Shown in pieces: positions 33,623-42,136 of a stretch of 42,916 nucleotides of DNA. Origin of the DNA: Deltaproteobacteria bacterium. GTDB taxonomy: Bacteria; Desulfobacterota; Binatia; Binatales; Binataceae. The stretch is from contig JAJYMR010000234.1 of the NCBI GenBank assembly GCA_021786815.1, positions 1 through 42,916 on the forward strand, read 5' to 3'. The translations under genes were made by a program, and so were the position numbers. Positions within the stretch are counted from its first letter, which is position 1, and each line of letters starts with the position of its first letter. The notes beneath the pieces were generated by a model. That model worked only from the letters and a program-made list of their open reading frames with translations. It was not told where the DNA came from and did not search any database.

Positions 33623-34897
33623 ATGAATCCGGGAGCACAAACCAAGTCCGCGACAGGCAGCTTGCCCAGCCTCGTAATCGCGCTTTGCGTCATCTGCATA
33701 TTCCAGTTGCCGGGCCAGGCGCGCGCGCAAATGAATCTCAGCTTCAGCGACGCTATCGCGCGCGCGCTCAGAGCGAACCCGCTAATCGCCGCGGCGGCGT
33801 CGAGGGTCGAAGCGGCGCAAGGTATCCAGGAGCAGGTGGGGCTCCTGCCCAACCCGAGGTTCATCTATCAGTCGGAAAACACGCGTATCGGATGGGGTGG
33901 GCAACCCTTTAACTACTGGAACGACACCGACGACTACTTCTATGTCGAGCAGCCGATCGAAATCGCCGGCAAACGACGAAAGCGTATAGCGTACGGGGCC
34001 GCGGGCGTTGAGGTCTCGCGGATGGCGCTTGCTCTGCTCCGCCGCCATATCGCCGCGCGCGCGAGCCTTGCCTACTGGAACGCGCTGGTCACGGCCAGGA
34101 TTCGCGATCTCCTGCAAGAGGACGAGGGCACCTTCCAGAAGATCGTCCAGTACCATCGCGACCGCGTCAGAGAGGGCGCGATGGCGGAGGCGGATCTGAT
34201 CCGCGTCGAAGTCGCGCGCGACCGGCTCGAGGTGCAGGTGCAGAACGCGCGGATAGAGGCCGACCGGGCGCGAGTTGCGCTTCTGCGCGAACTCGCAATG
34301 GACCCGCGCACCGATATCGCGCTCACCGAACCGCTCGACAGGATCGTCGAGGTCACGCCAATCGATCCCGAGGCCGCGCTTGAAAGGCGCCCCGAGGTGA
34401 TGCTCGCCGAACGGAGCGTGGCCCAGGCTCGGGCCAATCTGACGCTGCAGCAGGCGAATGCATTTCCCGACCCGAGCCTGGTGCTTGGCTACAAGCGATG
34501 GAGCGGATTCGACACGATGCTGTTCGGCCTCCAGGTGGATCTTCCGGTCTTCAATCGCAACCAGGGCCGGGCGATGGCGGCGAGCGCCGACCTGAACGCG
34601 GCGAAATCGAATCTCGCAGCGGTGAGGCTCCAGGTGCGAGCGGAGATTGAGTCCGCAATCGATGACTATGAGACGCGTCGGCGGCTGGTGATGGAAGTGC
34701 CGCACGAAATGCTCAAGCGCGCGCTCGAAACCTCGCGAATCGCAAGGGGCGCGTACGTCGAGGGCGGCGCCGATCTGCTTCGGCTGCTCGACGGAGAGCG
34801 CACGCGTATCGACACCGAGGTTCTGTACAATCGCACTCTCGGCCAATACCGCGAGAGCGTGAGCGCGCTCAGGCTGGCGCTCGGGATGATGCCGTGA
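33623..34897 (+). CDS. czcC: Outer-membrane efflux protein (TolC/CzcC family)
   Basis: Signal peptide, then LSFSDAIARALRANPLIAAA and the two-repeat coiled-coil layout of OMF proteins. It is the first gene of a CBA-type operon. I prefer ATG 33623 over the track's TTG 33617. Confidence 0.83.
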   Translation: MNPGAQTKSATGSLPSLVIALCVICIFQLPGQARAQMNLSFSDAIARALRANPLIAAAASRVEAAQGIQEQVGLLPNPRFIYQSENTRIGWGGQPFNYWNDTDDYFYVEQPIEIAGKRRKRIAYGAAGVEVSRMALALLRRHIAARASLAYWNALVTARIRDLLQEDEGTFQKIVQYHRDRVREGAMAEADLIRVEVARDRLEVQVQNARIEADRARVALLRELAMDPRTDIALTEPLDRIVEVTPIDPEAALERRPEVMLAERSVAQARANLTLQQANAFPDPSLVLGYKRWSGFDTMLFGLQVDLPVFNRNQGRAMAASADLNAAKSNLAAVRLQVRAEIESAIDDYETRRRLVMEVPHEMLKRALETSRIARGAYVEGGADLLRLLDGERTRIDTEVLYNRTLGQYRESVSALRLALGMMP

Positions 34898-36102
34898 GCG
34901 CAAGGGTTCTGACCGTGTCAGTGCTGGTACTCTGGATTGCCGCCTGTGGCCGCGGGCCGGGAGCGCGCAAAGGCACCGCCGGCGGGCCCGCGCGGCCGCC
35001 GGGAATCGTTGTCATGAGCGAGGGCGCGCAGAAGCAGGCGGGCGTAGTTGTGGAACAAGTCGAGCTGCGCCTCATCCCGGAAATGGTCGAGGCTCCGGGG
35101 CAGCTTGTCTTCGACGAGGATCACACCTGGCATATCGGAGCGATCGTCAGCGGTCGCGTGGTCGAGGTGAAGGCGGGCGTCGGCGATCGCGTGCAGGCGG
35201 GGCAGGTGCTGGCGCGACTGTTCAGCGAAGGCGTTCACGAGGCGCGCGCCGCGTATCGAAAGGCGCTTGCGCAACTGGAGCGCGCCCGCTCACAGGCAAC
35301 TTACGCGCGCGAGGTCCGCGATCGTACGCGCCGGCTGCTCGCGCTTAAGGCCGCCTCACGCCAGCAGATGGAGAGCGCGGAAACTTCGCTCACAGCCGCG
35401 GAGGCTTCCCTCAGCGATGCGACGGCCGAGGTGCAAAAGGCCCGCGCGCACCTGACGGAGTTCTTCGGACTCCCGGTCGACCACAATGCCCACGGCGCGG
35501 CGGGTGCGATTCCCGCCGACGATCTGGTTCCCGTGTGCAGCCCGGCCGCGGGCGTGGTCGTGCGCCGGATGGTCACGCCGGGAGCGGTGGTATCGCCGGG
35601 ACAGGAGGTTTTCACGGTTTCGGATCCGAGCACGCTCTGGATGATCGCCAACGTCAACGAGTCCGACCTTTCCGAAGTCCGAATCGGCCAGAAAGTGCAG
35701 ATACGCGTTCGTGCCTATCCCGACAGGGCCTTTGACGGGCGGGTCACGATGCTCGGCGAGGAACTCGATCCGACCACACGCACGCTTCGGGTGCGCGTGC
35801 TGGTCCCGAATCCCGAGGGCGCGCTCAAGGCCGAGATGTACGCGAGCGCCGAAATAGAGCGCCGCTCGACGCATCCCGCCTTGTTCGTTCCGGAGAGCGC
35901 CGAGCAGGAGATCAACGGACAGCCGGTCGTGTTCGTCAGGACCGGGCTCGACCGTTTCCAGCCGCGCCCGATCCGGATCGCGAGCAAGATCAATCGGATG
36001 ATGGAAGTTTCCGAGGGGCTCAAGGCGGGCGACTGGGTCGTAACGCGCGGAACCTTCATCCTGAAGACCGAGCTTTTCAGAAGCTCGCTCGCGGGCGAGT
36101 AG
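34894..36102 (+). CDS. czcB: Heavy-metal RND periplasmic adaptor (CzcB-like MFP)
   Basis: Lipoprotein-like N-terminus (LWIAACG) and lipoyl/beta-barrel motifs (GRVVEVKAGVGDRVQAGQVLARL, VCSPAAGVVVRRMVTPGAVV). It has a GTGA overlap with czcC. Confidence 0.85.
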   Translation: MSARVLTVSVLVLWIAACGRGPGARKGTAGGPARPPGIVVMSEGAQKQAGVVVEQVELRLIPEMVEAPGQLVFDEDHTWHIGAIVSGRVVEVKAGVGDRVQAGQVLARLFSEGVHEARAAYRKALAQLERARSQATYAREVRDRTRRLLALKAASRQQMESAETSLTAAEASLSDATAEVQKARAHLTEFFGLPVDHNAHGAAGAIPADDLVPVCSPAAGVVVRRMVTPGAVVSPGQEVFTVSDPSTLWMIANVNESDLSEVRIGQKVQIRVRAYPDRAFDGRVTMLGEELDPTTRTLRVRVLVPNPEGALKAEMYASAEIERRSTHPALFVPESAEQEINGQPVVFVRTGLDRFQPRPIRIASKINRMMEVSEGLKAGDWVVTRGTFILKTELFRSSLAGE

Positions 36103-36111
36103 GAGAAAGCC

Positions 36112-39100
36112 GTGCCCGCCTGGATCGTCGATTACGCGCTCAACAACCGATGGCTGGTGCTGCTCGCGCTTGCGGGCTTCGTGATCTTCGGTGTGTACAC
36201 GGCGACGAACATACCGATCGACGCGTTTCCCGACCTCACCAACAACCAGGTCGTGGTCGCTACCGAAGCGCCCGCGATGGCGCCGACCGAAGTCGAGCAG
36301 CTTGTCACGTTTCCGATCGAGAGTGCGCTGATGGGCCTTCCGCGGACGCTTCAGATCCGCTCCATCTCCAAGCTCGGCCTTTCGATCGTGACCGTGATCT
36401 TCGAAGACAGCGTCAATACCTATTTCGCGCGCCAGTTGGTCAACGAGCGTTTGCAGGAGGTGCGCGCGCGCCTGCCCGCCGGCATCCAGCCGATGCTCGG
36501 TCCGGTCGCCACCGCGTTCGGCGAGGTTTACCAGTACACGGTCGAGGGGCGGACGTCGCTGATGGACCGCAAGACCCTGCAAGACTGGCAGATCCGTTAC
36601 CAACTGCGCACGGTGCCGGGCGTGAACGAGGTCAATTCGTGGGGCGGCTTCACCAAGCGTTACACGGTCGAGGTCGATCCGATTGCGCTCCAGCGCTACG
36701 GGCTCGTCCTGCGCGACATTTTCGAACGAATCAAGGCAAACAACGAGAACTTCGGCGGCGGCTTCATCGAGCACGAAGGCGAGCAATACAACGTGCTTGG
36801 CGTCGGGCGCGTGCACGACGTGGACGACATCGGGCGTATCGTGCTTCTCGAGCACAACGGCACTCCCGTCCTGCTGCGCGACGTTGCCGCAATAAAAGTC
36901 GGCTGGGTGCCGCGTCAGGGCGCGGTTCTGCGCGGCGGCAAGGGCGAGACCGTCTGCGGCATGGTGATCATGCTCAAGGGCGCCAACGGGCGCCGTGTTA
37001 TCCAGCGCGTCAAGGCGCGGATCGCCGAACTCCATCTGCCCACGGGTGTACGCCTGGTGCCCTTTTACGACCAGTCCGAGGTGATCGACAGCGTGATCCA
37101 CACCGTCACCCGCAACCTTGTCGAAGCCGGGGTGCTGGTTATCGGCGTGCTGCTGCTGTTTCTCGGCAATATCCGCGCCGCACTGATCGTCGCCGCCGTA
37201 ATCCCGCTCTCGATGCTGTTCGGGTTCGTCGGAATGACCATCTTCGGCGTATCGGCAAACCTGATGAGCCTCGGCGCGATCGACTTCGGGATGATCGTCG
37301 ATGGGGCAGTGGTGATGATGGAGAACTCGGTGCGCCGTCTTTCGGAGCACCATCAGGCCACCGTAATCGAGACGGTCCATCATGCGGCGCAGGAGGTCGC
37401 CCGTCCGATTATTTTCGCCGTGGCGATCATAATCGCGGTGTATATTCCGGTGCTTGGGCTGAGCGGGCTCGAGGGTCGGATGTTCCGCCCGATGGCGATA
37501 ACCGTGTGCTCGGCGCTTATCGGCTCGCTAGTCCTTGCGCTTACCGTGGTTCCGGTGCTCGGAACCTTCGCGCTCCGGGCGGGGATGAAGGAGCACGGCG
37601 AGGGATGGTTTCTTCGGCTGCGCAGGCGTTACAGCGACTCGCTCGAGACGGCCTTCCGGCATCGCCGCGCGGTCGTGCTCGCGAGCGTAGCGGCGTTGGT
37701 GGTAGCGCTCGGCTCGCTAGCGTTCATCGGAACCGAGTTCATGCCGAAGCTCGACGAGGGTTCGATTCTCATACAGACGCGAAAGCTCCCTGGAATCTCG
37801 CTCACCGACTCGATCCGCCTGAGCGAGCAGGTCGAGAAAACCGTCTTGCAGTTTCCCGAGGTGCGCGACGTCGTAACAAAGATTGGACGGCCCGACGTTC
37901 CGACCGAAGCGATGGGGGTGTACGAGGCCGACGTGTACGTGATGCTGAAGCCGCGTTCCGAGTGGAAGGTCGCCAGCAAGGAACAGCTTATCGAGCGGAT
38001 GGATGCGCGGCTGTCGAACATTCCGGGCGTGGTTTACAACTTCACGCAACCGATGGCGATGCGGCTTGACGAGGTAGTTTCCGGAATCAAGGCCGATGTC
38101 GCGCTGAAAATCTTCGGCGAGAACTCGCAAACGCTCGAGGCACTGGCCACCAAGGCGCTCGGGCTGATCGCGACCGTGCCGGGCGCGGCCGACACGCAGG
38201 CCGAAGTGATTTCGGGCGTGCCCGAAATCAGGATCAGAATCGATAGAAAGTCGTTGTCACGTTACGGCCTGAACGTGTCCGACGTGCAAAACCTGGTCGA
38301 TGCGGCGACGGGAGGCTATCAGGTTTCGGAACTGGTCGACGGTCCGCGCCGTTTTCCGATCGCGGTTCAACTGCCCGAAAGCTCTCGCGAGAACCTGGGA
38401 GCAATCAGAAACCTCCTCCTGCAGGCGCCCGCCGGCGAGCGGGTCCGGCTTGGCCAGGTCGCGGAAGTCGAATTGCGCCGCGGTCCCGAAGTTATCACGC
38501 GCGAAAACGGCCAGCGCCGTATCGTGGTGCAGGCCAACGTTCGCGGGCGCGACCTCGGGAGTTTCGTGGCCGACGCGCAGCGCCTGATCAATGCGAACCT
38601 CAAGCTCCCGCCTGGCTATTGGGTGGAGTGGGGCGGCCAGTTCGAAAACCAGCAGCGCGCCATGAAGAGGCTCGCGATCGTTCTTCCGATCTCGATAGCG
38701 CTCATCTTCGGGCTGCTGTTCGCGACTTTCCGCTCGCTCAGCCAGACCTTCCTGATCCTGCTCGACGTGCCCTTTGCCCTGGTCGGCGGCGTGGCCGCGC
38801 TATGGCTTCGGGGGCTCAACCTGAACCTGTCCGCGTCGGTCGGGTTTATCGCGCTGTTCGGCGTGGCGGTGCTGAACGGAATCGTGATGGTTAGCTACAT
38901 CAACCGGCTTCGCGACGAGGGGCTGAGTCTTGCCGACGCGGTCCGGGAAGGCGCGGCGACGCGGCTTCGCCCGGTCCTGATGACCGCGCTGGTCGCAAGC
39001 CTGGGATTCATCCCGATGGCGACGTCGCACGCCGCGGGAGCCGAAGTTCAACGGCCGCTCGCAACCGTGGTAATCGGCGGGCTTGTCACGGCCACGGTGC

Positions 39101-39201
39101 TTACGCTTTACCTCTTGCCGCTGCTCTACTCGTACTTCAGCCCCGCGGACGTCGAGGGGGGGCCTCCGTCACGCGGCGCGATTGACCGGAACCCACGATG
39201 A
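36112..39201 (+). CDS. czcA: Heavy-metal efflux RND transporter (CzcA/HME family)
   Basis: 1029 aa. The N-terminus reads NRWLVLLALAGFVIFGVYTATNIPIDAFPDLTNNQVVV. TM4 reads AIDFGMIVDGAVVMMEN, the DFG-DGA-EN signature I associate with divalent-cation HME pumps. Confidence 0.92.
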   Translation: MPAWIVDYALNNRWLVLLALAGFVIFGVYTATNIPIDAFPDLTNNQVVVATEAPAMAPTEVEQLVTFPIESALMGLPRTLQIRSISKLGLSIVTVIFEDSVNTYFARQLVNERLQEVRARLPAGIQPMLGPVATAFGEVYQYTVEGRTSLMDRKTLQDWQIRYQLRTVPGVNEVNSWGGFTKRYTVEVDPIALQRYGLVLRDIFERIKANNENFGGGFIEHEGEQYNVLGVGRVHDVDDIGRIVLLEHNGTPVLLRDVAAIKVGWVPRQGAVLRGGKGETVCGMVIMLKGANGRRVIQRVKARIAELHLPTGVRLVPFYDQSEVIDSVIHTVTRNLVEAGVLVIGVLLLFLGNIRAALIVAAVIPLSMLFGFVGMTIFGVSANLMSLGAIDFGMIVDGAVVMMENSVRRLSEHHQATVIETVHHAAQEVARPIIFAVAIIIAVYIPVLGLSGLEGRMFRPMAITVCSALIGSLVLALTVVPVLGTFALRAGMKEHGEGWFLRLRRRYSDSLETAFRHRRAVVLASVAALVVALGSLAFIGTEFMPKLDEGSILIQTRKLPGISLTDSIRLSEQVEKTVLQFPEVRDVVTKIGRPDVPTEAMGVYEADVYVMLKPRSEWKVASKEQLIERMDARLSNIPGVVYNFTQPMAMRLDEVVSGIKADVALKIFGENSQTLEALATKALGLIATVPGAADTQAEVISGVPEIRIRIDRKSLSRYGLNVSDVQNLVDAATGGYQVSELVDGPRRFPIAVQLPESSRENLGAIRNLLLQAPAGERVRLGQVAEVELRRGPEVITRENGQRRIVVQANVRGRDLGSFVADAQRLINANLKLPPGYWVEWGGQFENQQRAMKRLAIVLPISIALIFGLLFATFRSLSQTFLILLDVPFALVGGVAALWLRGLNLNLSASVGFIALFGVAVLNGIVMVSYINRLRDEGLSLADAVREGAATRLRPVLMTALVASLGFIPMATSHAAGAEVQRPLATVVIGGLVTATVLTLYLLPLLYSYFSPADVEGGPPSRGAIDRNPR

Positions 39202-39695
39202 AGCTCGAAGCGTCGAATTCGCTCGTGCGCGACGCGCTTGGACTATGCGGATGGATCCTGCTGTGCTTTGCGGTCGCGGGAATCGCCTCCCGGTTCACCG
39301 CGATGTCGCTGCGCGACTGGTATCCCGGCCTTCGCAAACCGGCGCTGACTCCGCCCGGTTGGGTATTCGGCCCGGTATGGAGCGCGCTCTATCTCATGAT
39401 GGCCGTCGCGGCGTGGCTCGTATGGCTCAGGCGCGACCGTCCCGAAAGGCGCCGCGCGCTCGCGATCTTCGTTTTCCAGCTGGCGGTCAATGCGGCGTGG
39501 TCGGGACTGTTTTTTGGGCTTAAGAGTCCGCTTGCCGGGTTGCTTGATATCGCGGTGCTGTGGTGTGCGGTGCTGGCTGCGGCGATCGCGTTTGCGAAGA
39601 TAAATCAGGCCGCAGGATGGATGCTCGCGCCGTACCTCGGATGGGTCGCGTTCGCGGGCTACCTGAACGCGGCGATCTGGCTGCTCAACGCGTAG
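39198..39695 (+). CDS. tspO: TspO/MBR tryptophan-rich sensory protein
   Basis: WYPGLRKPALTPPGWVFGPVWSALYLMMAVAAW, AVNAAWSGLFFG and APYLGWVAFAGYLNAAIW. Its ATG overlaps the czcA stop as ATGA. Confidence 0.9.
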   Translation: MKLEASNSLVRDALGLCGWILLCFAVAGIASRFTAMSLRDWYPGLRKPALTPPGWVFGPVWSALYLMMAVAAWLVWLRRDRPERRRALAIFVFQLAVNAAWSGLFFGLKSPLAGLLDIAVLWCAVLAAAIAFAKINQAAGWMLAPYLGWVAFAGYLNAAIWLLNA

Positions 39696-39705
39696 TCGTG
39701 CGTCG

Positions 39706-39760
39706 CAAAAAACGTGAAGCCGCAAGCCAGGGAGTCCCGGCCTGCGGCTTCGATTGTTTC
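39706..39760. terminator. Candidate bidirectional intrinsic terminator between convergent tspO and GST genes
   Basis: GAAGCCGCA (39716..39724) and TGCGGCTTC (39743..39751) form a 9-bp stem with additional inner pairing. It is preceded by CAAAAAA and followed by GATTGTTTC. Confidence 0.6.
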
Positions 39761-39796
39761 GGGCTGTACGTTTCTTCAGCTTGCGCCGTTCGGCTT

Positions 39797-40441
39797 CTAA
39801 CGCCCCTGCATCGCGGCCAGCGCCTGCTGCATTTCGCCCAGCGCTTTCTTTACCGACGGCCGCGTCTGCACGTGATTCCACCACGCGGCGAGCTTCGGCC
39901 TGCCCTCGAGCGGCGGCTTCGAGTTGAACATCGGGAGCAGATTGATCGCGAAGAACATCGTAGGCGCGATCGCGCAGTCCGCGAGCGTGAATTCCGACCC
40001 GATCGCGAATCCGCTCGCGGCCAGCATCTTTTCCAGTTCGTCGAGGCGCTTGTTCAGTTCGCTCAGCTTCTCGGTGACGACCTTGTCGTCGCGCGTCTTC
40101 GGATTCATCTGGCCGAACAGCGCCCGAAGCGGCGGTTCGAGATAAAGGTCGTGGAAGCGGGTGAGCGTCCGGACCTGGGCGCGGCCTTCCGGTGACTTCG
40201 GCAGAAGTGGGCGCTCGGGAAACTTGTCTTCGAAATACTCGTTGATTACCTCGGACTCGGGAATGAGCATCCCGTCAACGTCGAGCGCCGGAATTTTTCC
40301 GAGCGGATTGATCTTCAGGTACTCCGGCGAGTGAAGATCGTTGCCCGGGGGCGAGACGATCTCGACGCTCAGGCCCTTGTCATAGACGACGATCCGCGAC
40401 TTGGTCGCGAAGTTCGAGAGATTCATGTTGTAGAGCTTCAT
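39797..40441 (-). CDS. Glutathione S-transferase
   Basis: MKLYNMNLSNFATKSRIVV..YLKINPLGKIPALDVDGMLIPESEVINEYFEDKFPE is the GST N-terminal thioredoxin-like domain. I trimmed the start to ATG 40441, which has GGAGG upstream. The track's 88-aa N-terminal extension looks non-coding. Confidence 0.88.
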   Translation of the reverse strand: MKLYNMNLSNFATKSRIVVYDKGLSVEIVSPPGNDLHSPEYLKINPLGKIPALDVDGMLIPESEVINEYFEDKFPERPLLPKSPEGRAQVRTLTRFHDLYLEPPLRALFGQMNPKTRDDKVVTEKLSELNKRLDELEKMLAASGFAIGSEFTLADCAIAPTMFFAINLLPMFNSKPPLEGRPKLAAWWNHVQTRPSVKKALGEMQQALAAMQGR

Positions 40442-40527
40442 ATGACGCCTGCCTCCGCCGCTCGAAATTCCGATGACCTCCGCCTTATCCCAAAGTCGCG
40501 GGATGATGACAAGCGCTGCGCAACCGG

Positions 40528-41568
40528 CTACTGGCCGCCCTCGGTCTGTTTCAGGATGAAAAGCACCGTGTTGGCGAAATCCTTGGGATGCTCGAGCTGC
40601 GGATAGTGGCCCGAGGTTTTGAAAACGATGCTTGCCGAGCCGGGTAGCACGGCGTGAAGCGTCGCGCCGCGGCGCGCGTTGTAATAGGGATCCTTGCCGC
40701 CCCACAGGACAACGGTGAGCGTGTTGAAGATCCTGCCCAGCCGCGCGCGGATGTGAGCCTCGTCCTTGGGCACCGAATTGAGCATGTCGGTCTGGGCCGG
40801 CAAATCCGCAGCCAGCGACGCCATCATCCTGTCGTACATGAACGAGGGCATCGGCGGCAGGTCGAAGAAGCTGTCTTCAACCTGTTGCTGCATCTCCTGC
40901 GCGTTGGCCGGAAGCATCCCCTTGCGCAGGACCTCCGCTCCCTCGCGTCCGAACAGTCCTCCCGAAACGAGGATCAGGCGCTCGACCGTGTCCGGATGGT
41001 CTTCCGCGTAATACAGGGCAACGTCGGCGCCGAGATCCCATCCGACGATGGTGACGTGTTCGAGCTTGAGCTGCTTGACCATCTGCGCAATAGCGCCGGC
41101 CTGGTAGGCGATCGAATACGTTGCCTGGCTATGCTCCGACGACCCGAAGCCCATCAGGTCGGGCGCGAAGACCAGGTAATGGCCCTCCGAGATCGGTTCC
41201 ATCACGCGCCGCCATACCAGCGCCGCGTTCGGTCCGAGCCCGTGGATGAGCAGCACCGGATACATTCCGGGATAGCCGCCGGTGACGTAGTAGCTCATCA
41301 GGCCGTCGTCGAGACCGACCTCGCTTTGGGTCACGCCCGAAAATCCAAGGTCCATCCGCTGGGCCCATCGGATCACGGAAATCGGACTCAGATAAAACGC
41401 GGCGAAGAAGATGCCGAGGATCAGAGCGCCAAGTGGTCCGGCGATATTGAGCCACGCATAGCGATTCGGTCCCTCGCTAGGGATACGGCCGCGAACCTCG
41501 ATCTCCGCTTTGCGGCGGGCGATTTCCTCGGCCGAAAGCTCGGCGGATTTCCTCGCTTGCGAAGCCAT
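40528..41568 (-). CDS. Membrane-anchored alpha/beta-fold hydrolase with Asp at the nucleophile elbow
   Basis: N-terminal TM helix (LGALILGIFFAAFYL), LLIHGLGPNA, nucleophile-elbow VTIVGWDLGADVA (Gly-x-Asp-x-Gly), and the C-terminal GHYPQLEHP His motif. Confidence 0.85.
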   Translation of the reverse strand: MASQARKSAELSAEEIARRKAEIEVRGRIPSEGPNRYAWLNIAGPLGALILGIFFAAFYLSPISVIRWAQRMDLGFSGVTQSEVGLDDGLMSYYVTGGYPGMYPVLLIHGLGPNAALVWRRVMEPISEGHYLVFAPDLMGFGSSEHSQATYSIAYQAGAIAQMVKQLKLEHVTIVGWDLGADVALYYAEDHPDTVERLILVSGGLFGREGAEVLRKGMLPANAQEMQQQVEDSFFDLPPMPSFMYDRMMASLAADLPAQTDMLNSVPKDEAHIRARLGRIFNTLTVVLWGGKDPYYNARRGATLHAVLPGSASIVFKTSGHYPQLEHPKDFANTVLFILKQTEGGQ

Positions 41569-41663
41569 CGTTAAACTTGCCTCGGCGCCGGATGTGAATT
41601 GCGGGAGTCCCCGGATAAAGACGCTGTCGCATCCGGGGGCGTGAAGTCAACCGCGTCGCGCAG

Positions 41664-42041
41664 CTACGGGGTCGGCGACGCGGAGGCGGCTTCGGACGGC
41701 TTTGCCGCGGGCGCAGCCCTTCTTCTGGTGCGGGTGCGCCGCCCTTCTTCCATCTTCTGGAGTTGTTCGAGCTTGTCGGACGCCTTGTTGAGCTCGCGGG
41801 TCGCGTCTTCGACCGACTTGGCGGCCTTGTCAGCGGCTACTTTCGCTTTCTGCGCCGCAACCATCGCGTTGTTCGCCGCCTTTTCCGCTCGCGCGGCGGA
41901 AGCCTCGGCGTGAACTGCGGCCGCCTCGGCCTGCTCCGCCTGGAGTTCCTTCTGCGACGGTCCGCATCCCGTCGCGACCACGACCGCCGCGGCAAGAAGA
42001 CACGCGACGACCATCCCCCGCGCACTACGTGGGCTCATCAA
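41664..42041 (-). CDS. Alanine-rich coiled-coil lipoprotein (hypothetical)
   Basis: Lipobox LAAAVVVATGC, then Ala/Lys/Glu heptad-like repeats (AEQAEAAAVHAEASAARAEKAANNAMVAAQKAKVAADKAAK) and a basic tail. Confidence 0.6.
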   Translation of the reverse strand: MMSPRSARGMVVACLLAAAVVVATGCGPSQKELQAEQAEAAAVHAEASAARAEKAANNAMVAAQKAKVAADKAAKSVEDATRELNKASDKLEQLQKMEEGRRTRTRRRAAPAAKPSEAASASPTP

Positions 42042-42065
42042 TGAACATGCTCCGAAGGATTTTCG

Positions 42066-42095
42066 GGCGGGCCGTTACTGACGACACGGCCCGCC
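42066..42095 (-). terminator. GC-rich hairpin between LLM gene and lipoprotein gene (no U-tract)
   Basis: GGCGGGCCGT-N10-ACGGCCCGCC forms a perfect 10-bp stem. The lack of a U-run makes intrinsic termination uncertain. Confidence 0.3.
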
Positions 42096-42136
42096 AAGCC
42101 GAAGAGTTCCGCGTCTCGCGCGTGATTCGCAAGCGC

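Noticed and set aside
35356-37383. 675-aa ORF antisense to czcB/czcA. Similar long ORFs occur at 15019..16455, 8798..10120, 21665..22828, 23846..25264, 25321..26643, 33782..34903, 31408..32541 and 36150..38069.
   Set aside because: Their composition is dominated by Arg, Gly, Asp, His and Leu runs, which is typical of antisense or off-frame reading of high-GC genes. Each overlaps a gene with clear family motifs on the other strand or frame.
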